Assembly: GCA_951406725.2 (NCBI GenBank)
Contig: OX597815.1
Span: 204,228,001-204,292,000 of the forward strand
Source of the DNA: Octopus vulgaris
Lineage: Eukaryota
Direction: 5' to 3'
Length of the DNA: 64,000 bases
Shown here: positions 13,884 through 27,304 of the stretch, in pieces
Layout: every line of letters begins with the position of its first letter
How positions within the stretch are numbered: position 1 is the first letter of the stretch
Made by a program: the position numbers and the translations under genes
Notes under the pieces: generated by a model
Told to the model about the DNA's origin: nothing
The model's database searches: none
The model's input: only the letters and a program-made list of their open reading frames with translations

Positions 13884-16675
13884 CAGATAGAGTTTACCTT
13901 ATATGTGGCGTGTGACATGGAGAGAATCTTGTTGATAGGTGTTATATTTTGTGAGAGTTTTCGAATCAATGATCTTCCATCAAACTTTCTTAATCCTTCG
14001 TTTTCGCTCTTTCTTGACGATGCCCAGTGTCTGTGGCAGTGAAAGATCCTGGAAGCAGTAGATGTGCTTCCGTGCATGTAGTTCATCACGGCGGCATAGG
14101 ATAGGTACCTTCTTCCTCGTGAAGCATGTCTCTTTAATCCTGAGGTTAACTGCAAAACGAGCCATTGAGAAGCGCCTAGAATGCGGTCAGAAGCAAGTAG
14201 CAGATTTCCTACCCACGAACCTTAGATCCATCCTCAAATTCTGCGCTGCCAACACTTACTTCTTTTGTAAAAAAAACCACCTACGGGCAACGCAGTGGCC
14301 TCCCAATGGAGCCCAAGCTCAGTGGGATTTTGGCTACTCTGATCTTGTGTGACCCGGATTGCATGGCCCTCCATGCAGGACGGCTCGTCACATTTTACCG
14401 GAGATACGTCGATAACGCCCTTATTTTAACCTGTTTCCGTAGCGAGGTGACCAGGATCTACAATGTCTTCAGAAACTTCTACTATAACATCCAACTCGAC
14501 ACTAAACACCCAGCCGTAAATAGCTCGTTGAGCCTCTTGGATTTTATCGCCTCCTATTCTTTGAGGCATGCAACAATCCGAATCTTCACGAAAGAGGCGA
14601 AGAGAGACATCTTCCTCCACTTGGATTTGGCATATAAAGTCGTTGAAGTACAGTGTGGCCTTTAACCCGCTCGACCGCCGCTTATGCATGTTTGACGAGG
14701 ACGAAACAGGAAATTCAGTAGGATTTTGCTATGAAGCTGTATACAAGAAAATACAGGCCACTCTTCATAGAGAAAGTGTGTGACACACTAAAAACACGAG
14801 CACAAGGGCGCCAAGATGAGACCGTACACAAGGCCAAACAGAATAGCAAGCCCCACATCAACGAATGCCGATAACACAGTCAACATCACAGAATTCAGAT
14901 TCGCCTTCTATCAAATCCTAGCATCGTACGGATACATAATAGCAGAATCGATGCCATAAACGGCTGACGAGCTGAGGACGACAAAAATCACCACGGTAAC
15001 AGCAGCAGCAACAACAATGACAACAGCATCAACTACAATAACCACAACAACAAACACAGCGACAACAATGACAACCGTAGCATCAACAACTTTTAAAACA
15101 ACAACAACAACAACAGCGGCAGCTACATCAGTAGCGACAGCATTTATAGTAACCAGACTGGCGCTGCAGAGAGTAGAGCCAGAAGTGGCCGAAGGAGTGG
15201 CAGGATTGACGAAGAAGGGAAGAATGACCTTCAGAAGGCAAAAACGGAAGAAAAGTACACACTGGGTCTAAGTTAATCTGCTATACTACGGACAGAGGAT
15301 AGAAAACAAGTTTTTTTTTAAATAGCATTAAAAGATCTGGCCTCCCTGTCAGAATCACGAGAAAGGTGCACAAGCTCAGAAACTACCTCTCCCACATCAA
15401 TAACACACCGAACGCATACTGCCTAAACCAATGTCTAATCAGAACAGCAAAACCAACGGACAGCGTTTGGCTGTGTTTTAAATCCAACGCTGTGTGCCAA
15501 ATGACGTGCTCTTGGTGGGGACATACTTAGGTCTGACCAGAGACAACTTCACCTTAGAATGAAAGAGCATCACCAAAAGGCTACACCACTCAGCCCCGTG
15601 TTCAGTCACCATCAAAACTGTAATGGGGATTACCCCAAACTGATACTGGCGTGGGGGATGGTTGCAGTTAACCTCAGGATTTCAGATGTCGCTTCTTTAG
15701 GAAGAAGGTTCTTAGCCTGAACTGCCGTAATGAGCTATAAGCATGGAAATACATCTACTGCTTCCAGGATTTTAACCGGCACCTGGCGCCAGCCGTCATC
15801 ATGAAAGAGAGAAAAGATTAGAAAGTCTGATGAAGATTCATTGATTCGGATGCGCTCGCAAAATAACCTATGACACCATGCATCAAGGCTCTCTCCAGCT
15901 CACACGCCACATTTAGAGTAAACTATCTATCCATCTATCTGCCTAGCTATCCATCTACCTATCTATCTATCGATCGGTCTATCTGTCCATCTACCAATCG
16001 AACCATTTATCTTTCTATCGATCTGTCTATCTGTTTATCTACCTACTTCTACATCCATATACCTTTTATATATCCTTCATATTTTACATCTATGAATTTT
16101 TTTTTTAATTATATACTCTCTCTTTTACTCTTTTACTTGTTTCAGTCATTTGACTGCGGCCATGCTGCAGCACCGCCTTTAGTCGAGCAACTCGACCCGG
16201 GACTTATTCTTTTTGTAAGCCCAGTACTTATTCTATCGGTCTCTTTTTGCCGAACCGCTAAGTAACGGGGACGTAAACACACCAGCATCGGTTGTCAAGC
16301 AATGCTAGGGGAACAAATACAGACACACAAACACACACACATGCATATATATATATATACATATATACGACAGGCTTCTTTCAGTTTCCGTCTACCAAAT
16401 CCACTCACAAGGCATTGGTCAGCCCGGGGCTATAGCAGAAGACACTTGCCCAAGATGTCACGGAGTGGGACTGAACCCGGAACCATGTGGTTGGTTAGCA
16501 AGCTACTTACCACACAGCCACTCCTGCGCCTATTATACATAAAGCTATTATGAAAATTAAACCTTCTCATATCTCTCTGTACCATTTCTACCATTTATTG
16601 TATTTTATCTTGTTTTGTTTTATTTCATTTCATTCTCCTTTACCTTCCTAACCTCACCTACTAAATGCATTACCC
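13560..16675 (+). mobile_element. Penelope-like element (RT plus probable GIY-YIG remnant) with an inverted 5' pseudo-LTR
   Basis: RT remnants LKFCAANTYF, GLPM..KLSGILA and FYRRYVDN at 14160-14700. The segment 13560-14157 is a diverged reverse complement of 15661-16675, including the (ATCT)n tract. CTGATGA at 15827. Confidence 0.8.
16116..16530 (-). mobile_element. SINE family A, full length, inserted in the PLE 3' pseudo-LTR
   Basis: Head GGCGCAGGAGTGGCTGTGTGGTAAG, B box GGGTTCAGTCCC, CORE-like CTTGGGCAAGTG, internal microsatellite, and standard tail. Confidence 0.92.
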
Positions 16676-17132
16676 GTGTATGTGTGCGTGTGTGTGTGTG
16701 CAGTGAAGAATACATATCCGATTGGTTAAAACATTCGGTTTGCATTCAGGAAATCCTCTGACTGGTCCTGCTGTGTGTTATCTTCGACATATGACTGTTA
16801 CCATTGGCATGTTAGAAACTCGATCAACAAAATGGTGTGTGAGAAAGCTAAGGAGTGTGAAATAATACAAAGATATAAAAGTAATTAATTTAAATTCCGT
16901 AATAACAGTATATAATACGAGTATAAAGATTCAAAACGCTAGCAGTCAAAAGTCCAATTGCTCGAGGAAATAATCAGAGTTTAAACATAGAGAGGTAAAC
17001 ACTTATTAGTTACTAGCAGTATCGAGCTTTTCTTTTACTGCGTTTATGACATGAACCGAAATGAAACATTTCTCTATCAAACACCGCTTACACACAAGTT
17101 CAAAAAGGAGGTTCCATGGCTGTACAGTACAA

Positions 17133-17530
17133 TCTTTATATATAAAAGTAAGGTTGTGTGTCTGTCTCCTACGATTTAGATTCCTAACTACTCCCACATT
17201 TTGCGGTGCAGTTTAACCAAAACCGGGTATCTTATAGTCGTGATTCATATCGTAGACTCATTGTAGACGCGCGCTAATACGCTGAGTCTACGATTTAAAA
17301 AAAATTTACCATCATTTTCTTTCCATTTTAATGCATTTTTTCGCTATTATATAAGGGAAGTAACTCTCTAAAAATGTCTACGATGAGTCAACGATTTAAA
17401 AAAAAATTTACCATCATTTTTTTTCCCATTTTTAATGCATTTTTTTGCTATTTTTTGGCTATAACTCTCTAAAAATGCTTATATAGTTATTTCCCTTACA
17501 AACCCGAGCAACGCCGGGCGATACTGCTAG
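17133..17530 (+). mobile_element. Non-autonomous Helitron
   Basis: 5' A|TC, 3' hairpin CCCGAGCAACGCCGGG then CTAG|T, and no TSD. Near-identical ends at 41606-42000. Confidence 0.9.
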
Positions 17531-18049
17531 TTTAATCTAAACGTCTGCTTCTCTAAAAATAAATGGTTTGAGATAGACGAGTTAAAAATTTAGTTTGCGA
17601 AGGCTAGAAAAAGTGAATATGCTGGTAGGAACGAACCTTGAAGTTATTCCTAGTTATTCCGGTTTAAAGTTTAAACACTCAAATTTATATTTTTGTATAG
17701 CTATGATTGTACTTTAGATACATGTGCGGATATATGTGTTTTTTCATACTTAAGTTTGCATATACGTACGTGTATAGCCGTATGTGAGAGTGTGTATGTG
17801 CTGGTATATATGCATAAACATATATATACATACGCGCATATACACACGTACCTTTACCTATATATATATGTGTGTATATAGGCATATGTGCATATATGTT
17901 TACAAATGATTATATGTCGGTGTGTGTATGCGTATAAGTGAGCGCATGAGTGTATAGTTATATATATATATGCTTATGCGTACATATCACAGAGAGAGAA
18001 ATGGAGAGTGGGGAAGAAAGAGAGATTTATATGTATATAAATTCACAGC

Positions 18050-18690
18050 TAGCTATGCGTGTGATGGTTCTCTGGCGGACATTCGTCCTCAGCCGCCTGG
18101 ATTACTGCTCACAGCTATGGTCACCCACCAGTGTGAAATTAACAGCGGACCTTGAAGCAATCCAGAGAAGAATCACAAAGAAGATCGTCTCTTTGCAACA
18201 GCTCTGCTACTGGGAAAGGTTGAAACAGCTAAGACTCTACTCCCTGGAGAGAAGACGGGAGAAGTATGCAGTAATATACATCTGGAAGATCCTGGAAGGA
18301 ATTGTTTCAAATTTTGGCATTGGAAGCTACACCAATGCCAGAACGGGACGACAGTGCATAGTGCCAAAGATCCCAGCAATGCCATCGCGCTTCAGGACCA
18401 GTTACTGCAACAGCCTGGGTTTCAAGGGCCCACAGCTTTTTAATATTCTCCCAAAGAGTCTGAGGAACTTGCACAAAATAGATGTAGGGGTTTTTAAATC
18501 AAAGCTGGACCTCTTCCTGTCGAGAGTCCCAGATGAACCTACCTCACGGAAAGAGGTGCAAATGAGGGTAGCTATATCAAACTCCATTCTTCACCAAGTG
18601 CCACATATTAGAGGAGGCTTTAGTAATAACAGTGTAGCAAAATGGTGGTGCATCAGCATGGCCGCAGCTCTGAGCTGAAACTAGAGAGAA
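18050..18690 (+). mobile_element. CR1-group LINE 3' fragment (ORF2 C-terminus)
   Basis: FVLSRLDYCSQLWSP...LEAIQRRITK...YWERLKQLRLYSLERRR. 3' end GGTGGTGCATCAGCATGGCCGCAGCTCTGAGCTGAAAC. Confidence 0.9.
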
Positions 18691-18754
18691 AAAATATATA
18701 GATATCCCTCCATCTATCTATCTACCTATTTATTTCTCTCTCTCTCTCTCTCTC

Positions 18755-18793
<39 letters not shown>

Positions 18794-19033
18794 GAATGTA
18801 TATCCATTTCAACGGTTCTTACCAATTGGTTTGGTGCAGGAATATTTTTCCATACCTGCCATATCTGAAGAGCATGTGATGTTAGTTAACCACCCTATTA
18901 ACTAATAACCGGTTATCTAATACAAAGCCAATAGGTAAGGGCGGGTGAATTGGATCTGTAATGATCCATACTTTGATTAATATATCCACCCTGTCGGCCA
19001 ATATACGAATACTTGGTTTTGTGAATATACACT

Positions 19034-19076
<43 letters not shown>

Positions 19077-19515
19077 CTTTTAAATTCGTTTATGGTAGCG
19101 TTAAGGGTATGCAAATAAAGTTTCTATTTCATTATGTCGGCTACCATCTAATGCACTACCATCCTTAAATCTGCTGCATGAATGACCATCCTTAAAATCT
19201 GCAGAATGATCCTCATATTACACCTCCATCCGCGTATTACTACCATTCCTTCCTCTACTCCCATCACCTACCTCCCCCCCACCAAGTACATACAGAAATA
19301 CCCACAGAGCTAGATTGGCCTTCATACGAGCAAGCAGGGATAAACATTCGTCTCTGATTCACCCACCAATGCAGCATCGCCTGATGAACTGAATCAAGGA
19401 TGATCACCAACCGGATGCCCAAGGATACGGACTCTGATGATAAAGACATGCGATTTGTGGAAACGCGTGTAGCGTCACATTTAGCATTTACAAATTACAT
19501 GCAAGAATTATTGTT

Positions 19516-19552
<37 letters not shown>

Positions 19553-19560
<8 letters not shown>

Positions 19561-19693
19561 GTTGTATACAGTCAACATAACGTGACAGTCCCGTAAGAGA
19601 ATTACACTACCGCTGTTTAGCCCTAGGAAGCATCGGTGGTGTAATTCCCTTACGGGACTGTCACGTTATGTTGACTGTATACAACCACTCTAT
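19553..19693. repeat. ~60-bp inverted repeat with a 21-nt loop between TA tracts
   Basis: GGTTGTATACAGTCAACATAACGTGACAGTCCCGTAAG (left arm) versus its reverse complement in 19634-19693. Confidence 0.9.
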
Positions 19694-19740
19694 CGCTCCA
19701 CCACCGATCATGTCTCTTTGAGACATTTAGAAATTCAATA

Positions 19741-19788
<48 letters not shown>

Positions 19789-19789
19789 G

Positions 19790-20900
19790 AAGATAGTTGA
19801 AGAAACATTCCTCTTAAAAATTATGGCCGGGCGAGTTATCTTCCTTCGCTTGATAGCTAGGTTTTCCAATTTTTAAGTAAAAATTTCCGAAAATGTGGAC
19901 AACTCCCCACGGCTTCCGTCCTGGAGTTCAGTTAGCCTCCTGGTTCATGTGAGTTCATAAGGATTATATATTTTTTCTGACATACACAATTTACATAGCC
20001 TTGTTCCATTGCGTTAGGGTTCACAAGTTTCTAGTAATTTCCACCTGATATTAAAGGGCGTATGATCGTATTTTAGGAGCCATACATATGCTGTGAGTAT
20101 GTTTGTGTTGCGTCTCTCCTGCACCCTGAAAGAAGATCTGTTGTTGTCTAGGCGAATTTTCAATTTGAATTCACAAGATCCGACATAAATTTTAGTGTGT
20201 ATCCCTGTGTTGGCATTGGTGTTAATGATATTTGTGCTGCTCCTGTTTGAGTCTACCGTTAGTTGGTACGCTGTAGCCTCACTGTTATATCGGCCGTCCA
20301 CTGGGCATTCATTTCTAATGCTGCATGAACAACCTGCCTTTGTCCGTGGCTTAGGAATGCAAAGTAATTTTTTCTTAACATTGGATGCACAACTGAAAGA
20401 GATCCTTAAATTAAGTCTGATAAAGATCTTTCTATATATGTGCGATCGCTTGAAATGCTTATCTACCAACCTAAGAAATTTCTTCACTGCGCATGGAGTT
20501 TAGGGAGAAGCGGGGAGCGAACCATAAGGTCCTGCGGTGGCGTTTGCTTTTATGGTTGCTCGATCCTGGTGTATATACTATATGGTCCTTGAACCCGCTG
20601 GCCGCTAGCGCCACATTGTAAGTGGGAACCGCTGCGTCAGAAATATCTTTATTTGAAGATAAGTTCGAAATCCGTTTACCAATACTTTTTATTAGGTTTT
20701 TAAACACTGTGGGTGGGTGGGTGGGTGGCAGGATGCTGTATTAATGTATGAAAATCTATCATTCGGTTTGCGGTATGGTCTGTAGTTGCCACTGTCTAAA
20801 TCATGCGCGACAACCAAGAAGTTCAGCACCGTGAGATATTTCTCTATGATGATTTTGAGGCCAAGGTTGTTGAGGGTGTGTATGATGTCTTTTCTAAAAT
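19790..20900 (-). mobile_element. Penelope-like element 3' half (RT thumb, Cys linker, GIY-YIG endonuclease)
   Basis: YRPYRKPNDRFSYINTASCHPP; CSCSIRNECPVDG; AYQ...IYVGSCE...R; CKLCMSEK...LNSRTE...CPHFRKFLL. Confidence 0.88.
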
Positions 20901-20907
20901 ATATATA

Positions 20908-21335
20908 CAAGGTGTAATCCAAAAATATCCGACTTTGATTTTTTTTCTGTACAAAATATTAATACGGGAGCATGCGCAAAAATGTTCGTGTCTGTAAACC
21001 GCAGTGACGCGTTGAGTACAGAAATGAAGAGTATGCTGTGCGATTTTTCTTTCTGAGTCAAGGTGAGAGATGGCCACACCTCAGTGGACAGTGAGCCACG
21101 TTGTGGCAGACCATCAACCAGCAGAAAGGACGAAATGATTGCAAAGGTTCGACGAATAGTCTATGAAAACCATTGTGTGACTATTGAGATTGTTTCTCAG
21201 GCTTACTACTCCCCAGACTTGGCTCCATGTGACTTTTGGCTATTCCCAAAGCTCAAAAAAAAAAAACACTCGAAGGGGGAAGATTTGAGTCAACAGAGGA
21301 CATTAAGCAAAATTCGACGGCACAGCTCTACAGCC
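20908..21335 (+). mobile_element. Internally deleted mariner derivative, right TIR not found
   Basis: Begins TA|CAAGGTGTAATCCAAAAATATCCGACT. The HTH region PRCGRPSTSR is joined to YSPDLAPCDFWLFPKLK. Confidence 0.8.
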
Positions 21336-23094
21336 GAATCATGGTGATACAAGTAATTCAGTTCCTATATTCTGGTTGCTTCTAATCCTACGTGTGTACA
21401 TATTTGATATTCTTGTACATACGAACTTCATATTCATGTAACTTGTGAATGAAAATCTTTGTAATAAATTTATATCTGCAACCAACCCCCACCCTTAGCA
21501 ACATAATACAATAATATTCTATTAACTACTATACTTTTTATCACAACTTTTCTTCAGTCACTCTCTAACAGCCTAAACTTTCTTTGATTTTGAATATTCT
21601 GTTGTAGCTAGTTGACATGTTTTAAAGTACTTCTAACTTGGTATATATTTAGAAAACACTTGGTTTATTTTCCCTCTTTCTGACTTACAGATTATTGTAT
21701 GGCATTTCAAGTCTTTCGGGTTAATTCTTAAAGGAATTTTTCCAAGTTATTTTCAGTAAAATTTGGCTTCAATAAGTGCTATTTTAGTTTTTCTCATATT
21801 CTTACGGTCTTTTGCTTTGTGTTTTGCATTTTTGTTTAATGTGTGATATAATCTCAGTATTTGTTGTCTCCATCTCTTAGTCAGTCAGTCAAGTCCCTTT
21901 AAAAACCACTTTTAGAATAACATTTTGCAAATATTTCTTCGTGTTTACGATGCTTTATTTTCTCAACATAGTTATGTTTTTTATCTGCGAAGATATTAAA
22001 GAATTCCTGAAACTTACAACTTCTTCATTCTCAGTGAGCATCTGCTGGCATATATTCCCACCAGTCCCCTACTGTGGCTCATATAGTACCCAATGAATGA
22101 TTTGCTGTTATAATATTATTGTTTCTCTTCTCTTTTGGGGTGGGGGTTAAATATTACGTGTCTGGTCACGTAGAATGTCGTTTCTTCTTTATATTTTCGT
22201 CTTCATGTTGTTTTTGTTTATTCCTTTTTTTATTTCATTTCAAATTATACAATCTATTCAGGTCCTAACCATTTAGAAACCTTACTTTTTAAGCAGTGCT
22301 TAGCAAAGGGTTTCAGAAAACTAGAGACTGCCTTTTCTCTAAAACACATTTTAGCATCATTTACTGTATCAAGTGTCACAAAACCAGAATATTATACATA
22401 GAATTTATCTTACTGCTTGCTATGTCTGTTGAAGTCGGTTGTCAATATGCTATCATTCTTTGTTATGGATACAGCAAAAAGTTTTTATTGTTTTACGAGT
22501 TGTTCTTGTTTTCTTTCATTTTTTTAAAAATTCATTTATATCTTCTTATGAAAAAAAAAATTTTTGGAGCAGAATATACGTAGGTTTTATAATTCTTGTA
22601 ATTCTGTATAAAACAGGAGCATTTAAGTTATGAAAACATTCATTGAAATTATGGAACCGTGAAATGCAGATTATTTATCATGCACAAATTCTTTTCTCAA
22701 AACAACTATAAATACTGCAATAATTAATGTAACAGTGGCTATGTTGCAGATGAACAGTAGATGACTGATAATGCAAGCTGTAAACGGACACAAAAAAAAA
22801 TGAAGAGGAATATTGTTTTATAGAACTATACATATGACCATAAATTTATACATTGCAAAATGACTGAGAGGAAGTTAAGTTAAGTTAAATTGTAGGTAGA
22901 GATATCATTTTACTAAAGAGATCTAAAGAGGGAAGTAAAACAAACAAAGTGAAAAGCAAAGTAGGCGGTGGATAAAGTCAATATTGGTGCGTTAAGAGAG
23001 TATTATTTGGTGATTGTTCCGTTCTTTTCCGGAAATTTTATTCTCTTTATTGTAGACTGCATGTGTGTAAGTTATTTCCAGTGAATTCCACATA

Positions 23095-23271
23095 GGCGCA
23101 GGAGTGGCTGTGTGGTAAGTAGCTTGCTAACCAACCACATGATTCCGGGTTCAGTCCCACTGCGTGGCATCTTGGGCAAGTGTCTTCTACTATAGCCTCG
23201 GGCCGACCAATGCCTTGTGAGTGGATTTGGTAGACGGAAACTGAAAGAAGCCTGTCATATATATGTATATA

Positions 23272-23324
<53 letters not shown>

Positions 23325-23524
23325 TTGTGTATATATATGTATGTATGTATGTATGTGTGTTTGTGTGTCTGTGTTTGTCCCCCTAGCATTGCTTGACAAC
23401 CGATGCTGGTGTGTTTACGTCCCTGTCACTTAGCGGTTCGGCAAAAAGAAACCTATAGAATAAGTACTAGGCTTACAAAGAATAAGTCCCGGGGTCGATT
23501 TGCTCGACTAAAGGCGGTGCTCCA
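23095..23524 (+). mobile_element. SINE family A, last ~40 nt missing
   Basis: Head, CORE-like segment and internal TA/TG tract are present; stops at GGCGGTGCTCCA. Confidence 0.9.
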
Positions 23525-23808
23525 TGACTGATACCGCTACTATATTATCTTCTCTATTTTGATCTTCTTCATTAAATTAAGGAAAATATTCTACAGAAAC
23601 CTACACGATTCATGTCGGAGTGTCAGTGGCAGAATATAAACTTAAAATATTTCGGTTGAAATGTTCTATTCTATCTCCTCTGTACATTGTCAGCAGCTCC
23701 TCTATCCCTTTGTTGGGCAAAATAAAAGTTGAAAACTTCAGGTTTTAAACAATATCATTATTCAGATCGTCAATTGTCTAATGACACTTTAGTTATATTA
23801 CTAACGAT

Positions 23809-24199
23809 GTGGAGGCGCAATGGCCCAGTGGTTAGGGCAGCGGACTCGCGGTCGTAGGATCGCGGTTTCGATTCCCAGACCGGGCGTTGTGAGTGTTTAT
23901 TGGGCGAAAACACCTAAAAGCTCCACGAGGCTCCGGCAGGGATGATAGTGATCCCTGCTGTACTCTTTCATCACAACTTTCTCTCAATCTCACTCTTACT
24001 TCCTGTTTCTGTTGTACCTGTATTTCAAAGGGCTGGCCTTGTCACACTCTGTGTCACGCTGAATATCCCCGAGAACTACGTTAAGGGTACACGTGTCTGT
24101 GGAGTGCTCAGCCACTTACACGTTAATTTCACGAGCAGGCTGTTCCGTTGATCGGATCAACCGGAACCCTCGCCGCCGTAACCGACGGAGTGCTTCCAG
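23809..24199 (+). mobile_element. SINE family B (tRNA-like head), full length
   Basis: A box TGGCCCAGTGG, B box GGTTTCGATTCCC, and TSD ATTACTAACGAT at 23797-23808 and 24200-24211. Confidence 0.93.
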
Positions 24200-24444
24200 A
24201 TTACTAACGATATAAGTATAACTCTTCCATGCTTTCAGTGTTTGACCAGAATAGACAGCCATTTTTCTGGCATACTGACGCCGCCAAAATGTAATTGTTT
24301 CGAAACAACTGTTGTATATCTGCCTAAAATCCATGCCGAGATATTCAGTTTAGCAAATTACTACATTTAGGAAAATAATTCATTAGATAAATATAACCTT
24401 GCCGAATGATTTTTCGATTCCATTCCATATTCTAATCTTATGAC

Positions 24445-24472
24445 TGCACGTGTGTGTACGTGTGCATGTGTA

Positions 24473-24510
<38 letters not shown>

Positions 24511-24697
24511 TGTGCGTGCGTGTGTGTGTGCGTCTGTGTGTGCGTCTGTGTGTGTGTGCGTGTGTGTATGCGTGTGTGTGCGTGTGTGTATGTGTGTGTG
24601 TATGAGTGCGTGTGCGTGTGTGTGTGCGTGTGTGTGTGCGTGCGTGTGTGTATGTGTATGTGTGTGCGTGTGTGCGTGTGTGTGTGTGTGTGTGTGT
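24445..24697. repeat. (TG)n compound microsatellite
   Basis: Direct inspection. Confidence 0.95.
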
Positions 24698-25114
24698 AAA
24701 CTGCTCATTTGATGATAGTCAAGATGGTTGGCGCAAGGGTTAATGATTGTGTTTCACTTTTGGATATTTTACAGTTCAATTACTAGAATTAAGAATTAAT
24801 TACATCTTTGACAAGGCAATAATCAACCCATCCCCAATTTGTCCCTCGTTCTACTGTTTCTCAGTTAAGAACAGAGTGAGATAACAATTTAGTAATTTAG
24901 AACTAGCGTAGTTAGTTCACTGAAATGGAAATTGAGTGGGTGTAATTTTGTTGATGTGCGATGCTGAGATCGAAAGATCGAATCAATAAATTATTCAGGG
25001 AGTGTCATGTTCGTGCGTTACGTTAAACACTTTCTCTTTAAATTAACTGTTTAATATTCCTGATATTCTATTCTTCAGACATGCAACTATATACTGTGTG
25101 TGCACACATATATA

Positions 25115-25174
<60 letters not shown>

Positions 25175-26257
25175 GTGTGTGTGTATGTGTATTTAAGAAC
25201 CTGGAGTCTCTGGAATCGTTACTCTGAGTACTCAGTAATTCGAGTTACCGATTTTCAATCGTTTCATCAACCATTAACAAAGTAAGTCACATTTTACGGG
25301 CTGAGAAATCGAGGAGTCAAAGATAAGTAACTGAAATACTTCAAGCCAATGAATGATCCAAGCAGTAGCAGCTAAATCTCTCTCAGATTATCGAACAATA
25401 AGAAAACCTCTATGTGGTTACTCGACCTACAGAAGCTAGCAGCAAAATCATTTTGAAATTCATGGAGCCAACAGAATATCTTTCACTGGTAGCTCAAATT
25501 GTTAGAAGTAGCTGCCAAACTTCTTCATAGTTACTTGATTCATTTCCAACCGGAACAACTTTGAATTTAATCTTTCCTAGATCACTAAAATAACAACACT
25601 AATCAAATACTGGAAGTGATTTAATCAACGAAGCCACTAGCCAGCAGCCAATCACCTTCCTTCAAAAACGATTAATTGTATGGCGTTGCACTTATACAGA
25701 AAACTCTTATTTAGAACTTCATTCCAACGTTTATGGTTCTAAGGTTCTACTTAATATAAAACCATCGAAGGTGTGTGGTTTTCCCTATTAGTGTAATGAA
25801 TTGTAGTTAAACCAGTCAACTATAGCAAATTACATATAATTTTCATTTTCTATTAATCTAATATATTATTTGAAGGTCAATGAAGAGTGATGAATTGGCA
25901 GAATCGTTAGAGACAAAGTGGTCGGTGATATTCCGTCTAACGTTATACGCTTTGAGTTCAAAGTTAACAGGGGTTAAGTATTTTGAACTCTCCGAAGATC
26001 GAGGGAATAAAATAATTAAGTCAAGAACTAGAGTAAATGTAAACGATCGGCTTCTTATTCGAAAATTAAAGCATTGTGCTTTTATTAGAAATAATTTAAA
26101 GATGTTGGATTAGCAGAATATCGGACAAAATGCATGTGGTATTAGTTCCAGATCTTTACGTTATACATTTAAATCCCGCCGATATCACTTTACCCACCAT
26201 CGTTGTGAGGCCGGTAAAATGAAGTATCAGCCAAGTACAGAGAGAGAGATTCAGTCG

Positions 26258-27030
26258 ACTAGTAAGAGGCACCCTTCGGTTTCGAGAGGCCATGGGTCTG
26301 CGCCCGCAGGAATCGTGTCAACTGCTGGTGGTGGTGCAGCGTATGTTGAGGTTGCACAGGCCCACACGGGAGTGGCAGTCACGCATACAGCGACTGCATT
26401 TGGAGGCGCTCTCTGCCGGCGTTACTAGTTCTTCCTTCTGTCGAGTGCACTTTTCTTTGGTGGCGAGTTCCTGTTTTTCTTCTGCTCTCTTCATCACCTT
26501 TTGTGTATTTGTCTCCAGTGTGGGGGATCATTTGCAGCCCCCTCCCATCTCAGGACGTCCAGATCAAGTGACTTCACACCCTTTTTACAGACGTCCTTGA
26601 AACGTAGATGAGGTCGTCTTCGTGCTCTTGTACCGGTGGCCAATTCCCCATACAGGAGGTCTTTGGGGATCCTTCCGTCCCGGCATGCGATGTACGTGAC
26701 AGAGCCAGCGCAATCGACGCTGCTGAGGCAGGGTGAGTATGCTGAGTATCTTGGCTTGGTTGAGGACTTTGGTGTTGGTGATGTGGTCGGTCAACTTGAT
26801 ATCCAAGATGCGTCTCAAATTACAAAGGTGAAAATCGTTGAGACGCCGCTCCTGTCTGGAGTAGAGTCTCCACGTCTCACTGCCGTAAAGTAGCGTACCA
26901 AGGAGGCACGCCTTATAGACAGTAATCTTGGTATTAGGGTAAATGGGGGTGGGATGCTTGTCCGATTTGTCAGTTCATCTCAGGGTCCAGGGGGAGGTCA
27001 TCAGCGATGGTAGATCGAGATAGTTGAATT
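26258..27030 (-). mobile_element. RTE (BovB-like) LINE 3' fragment
   Basis: RRILDIKLTDHITNTKVL...QRRLRWLCHVHRMP, then after a frameshift DGRIPKDLLYGELATG...RFKDVCK and a terminal CSRCMRDCHSRVGL. Confidence 0.9.
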
Positions 27031-27244
27031 GATGGACTACTTCCAGCTTGTGGTTGTTGATGGTGATGCTGGGGGGATGTTTGACACTTTGGGCTACCTA
27101 TAACAACAACATCTGCAACAACAGCAACACTCACACAACCAGAGTCGCCGATATGTCTATTTTTATAGCTGTTGTTATTGTTCGTTGTTACTCTTGTAAT
27201 TGTTATCATTTGTTTAGCTTCAAAACTATATCTCAATTGTTTGC

Positions 27245-27304
<60 letters not shown>

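Noticed and set aside
21350-22300. Possible decayed LINE ORF2
   Set aside because: No diagnostic motif could be read, so it is left unannotated.
23811-23885. tRNA gene
   Set aside because: It is the tRNA-like head of SINE B. It continues into a repeated body with a TSD and lacks a complete acceptor stem.
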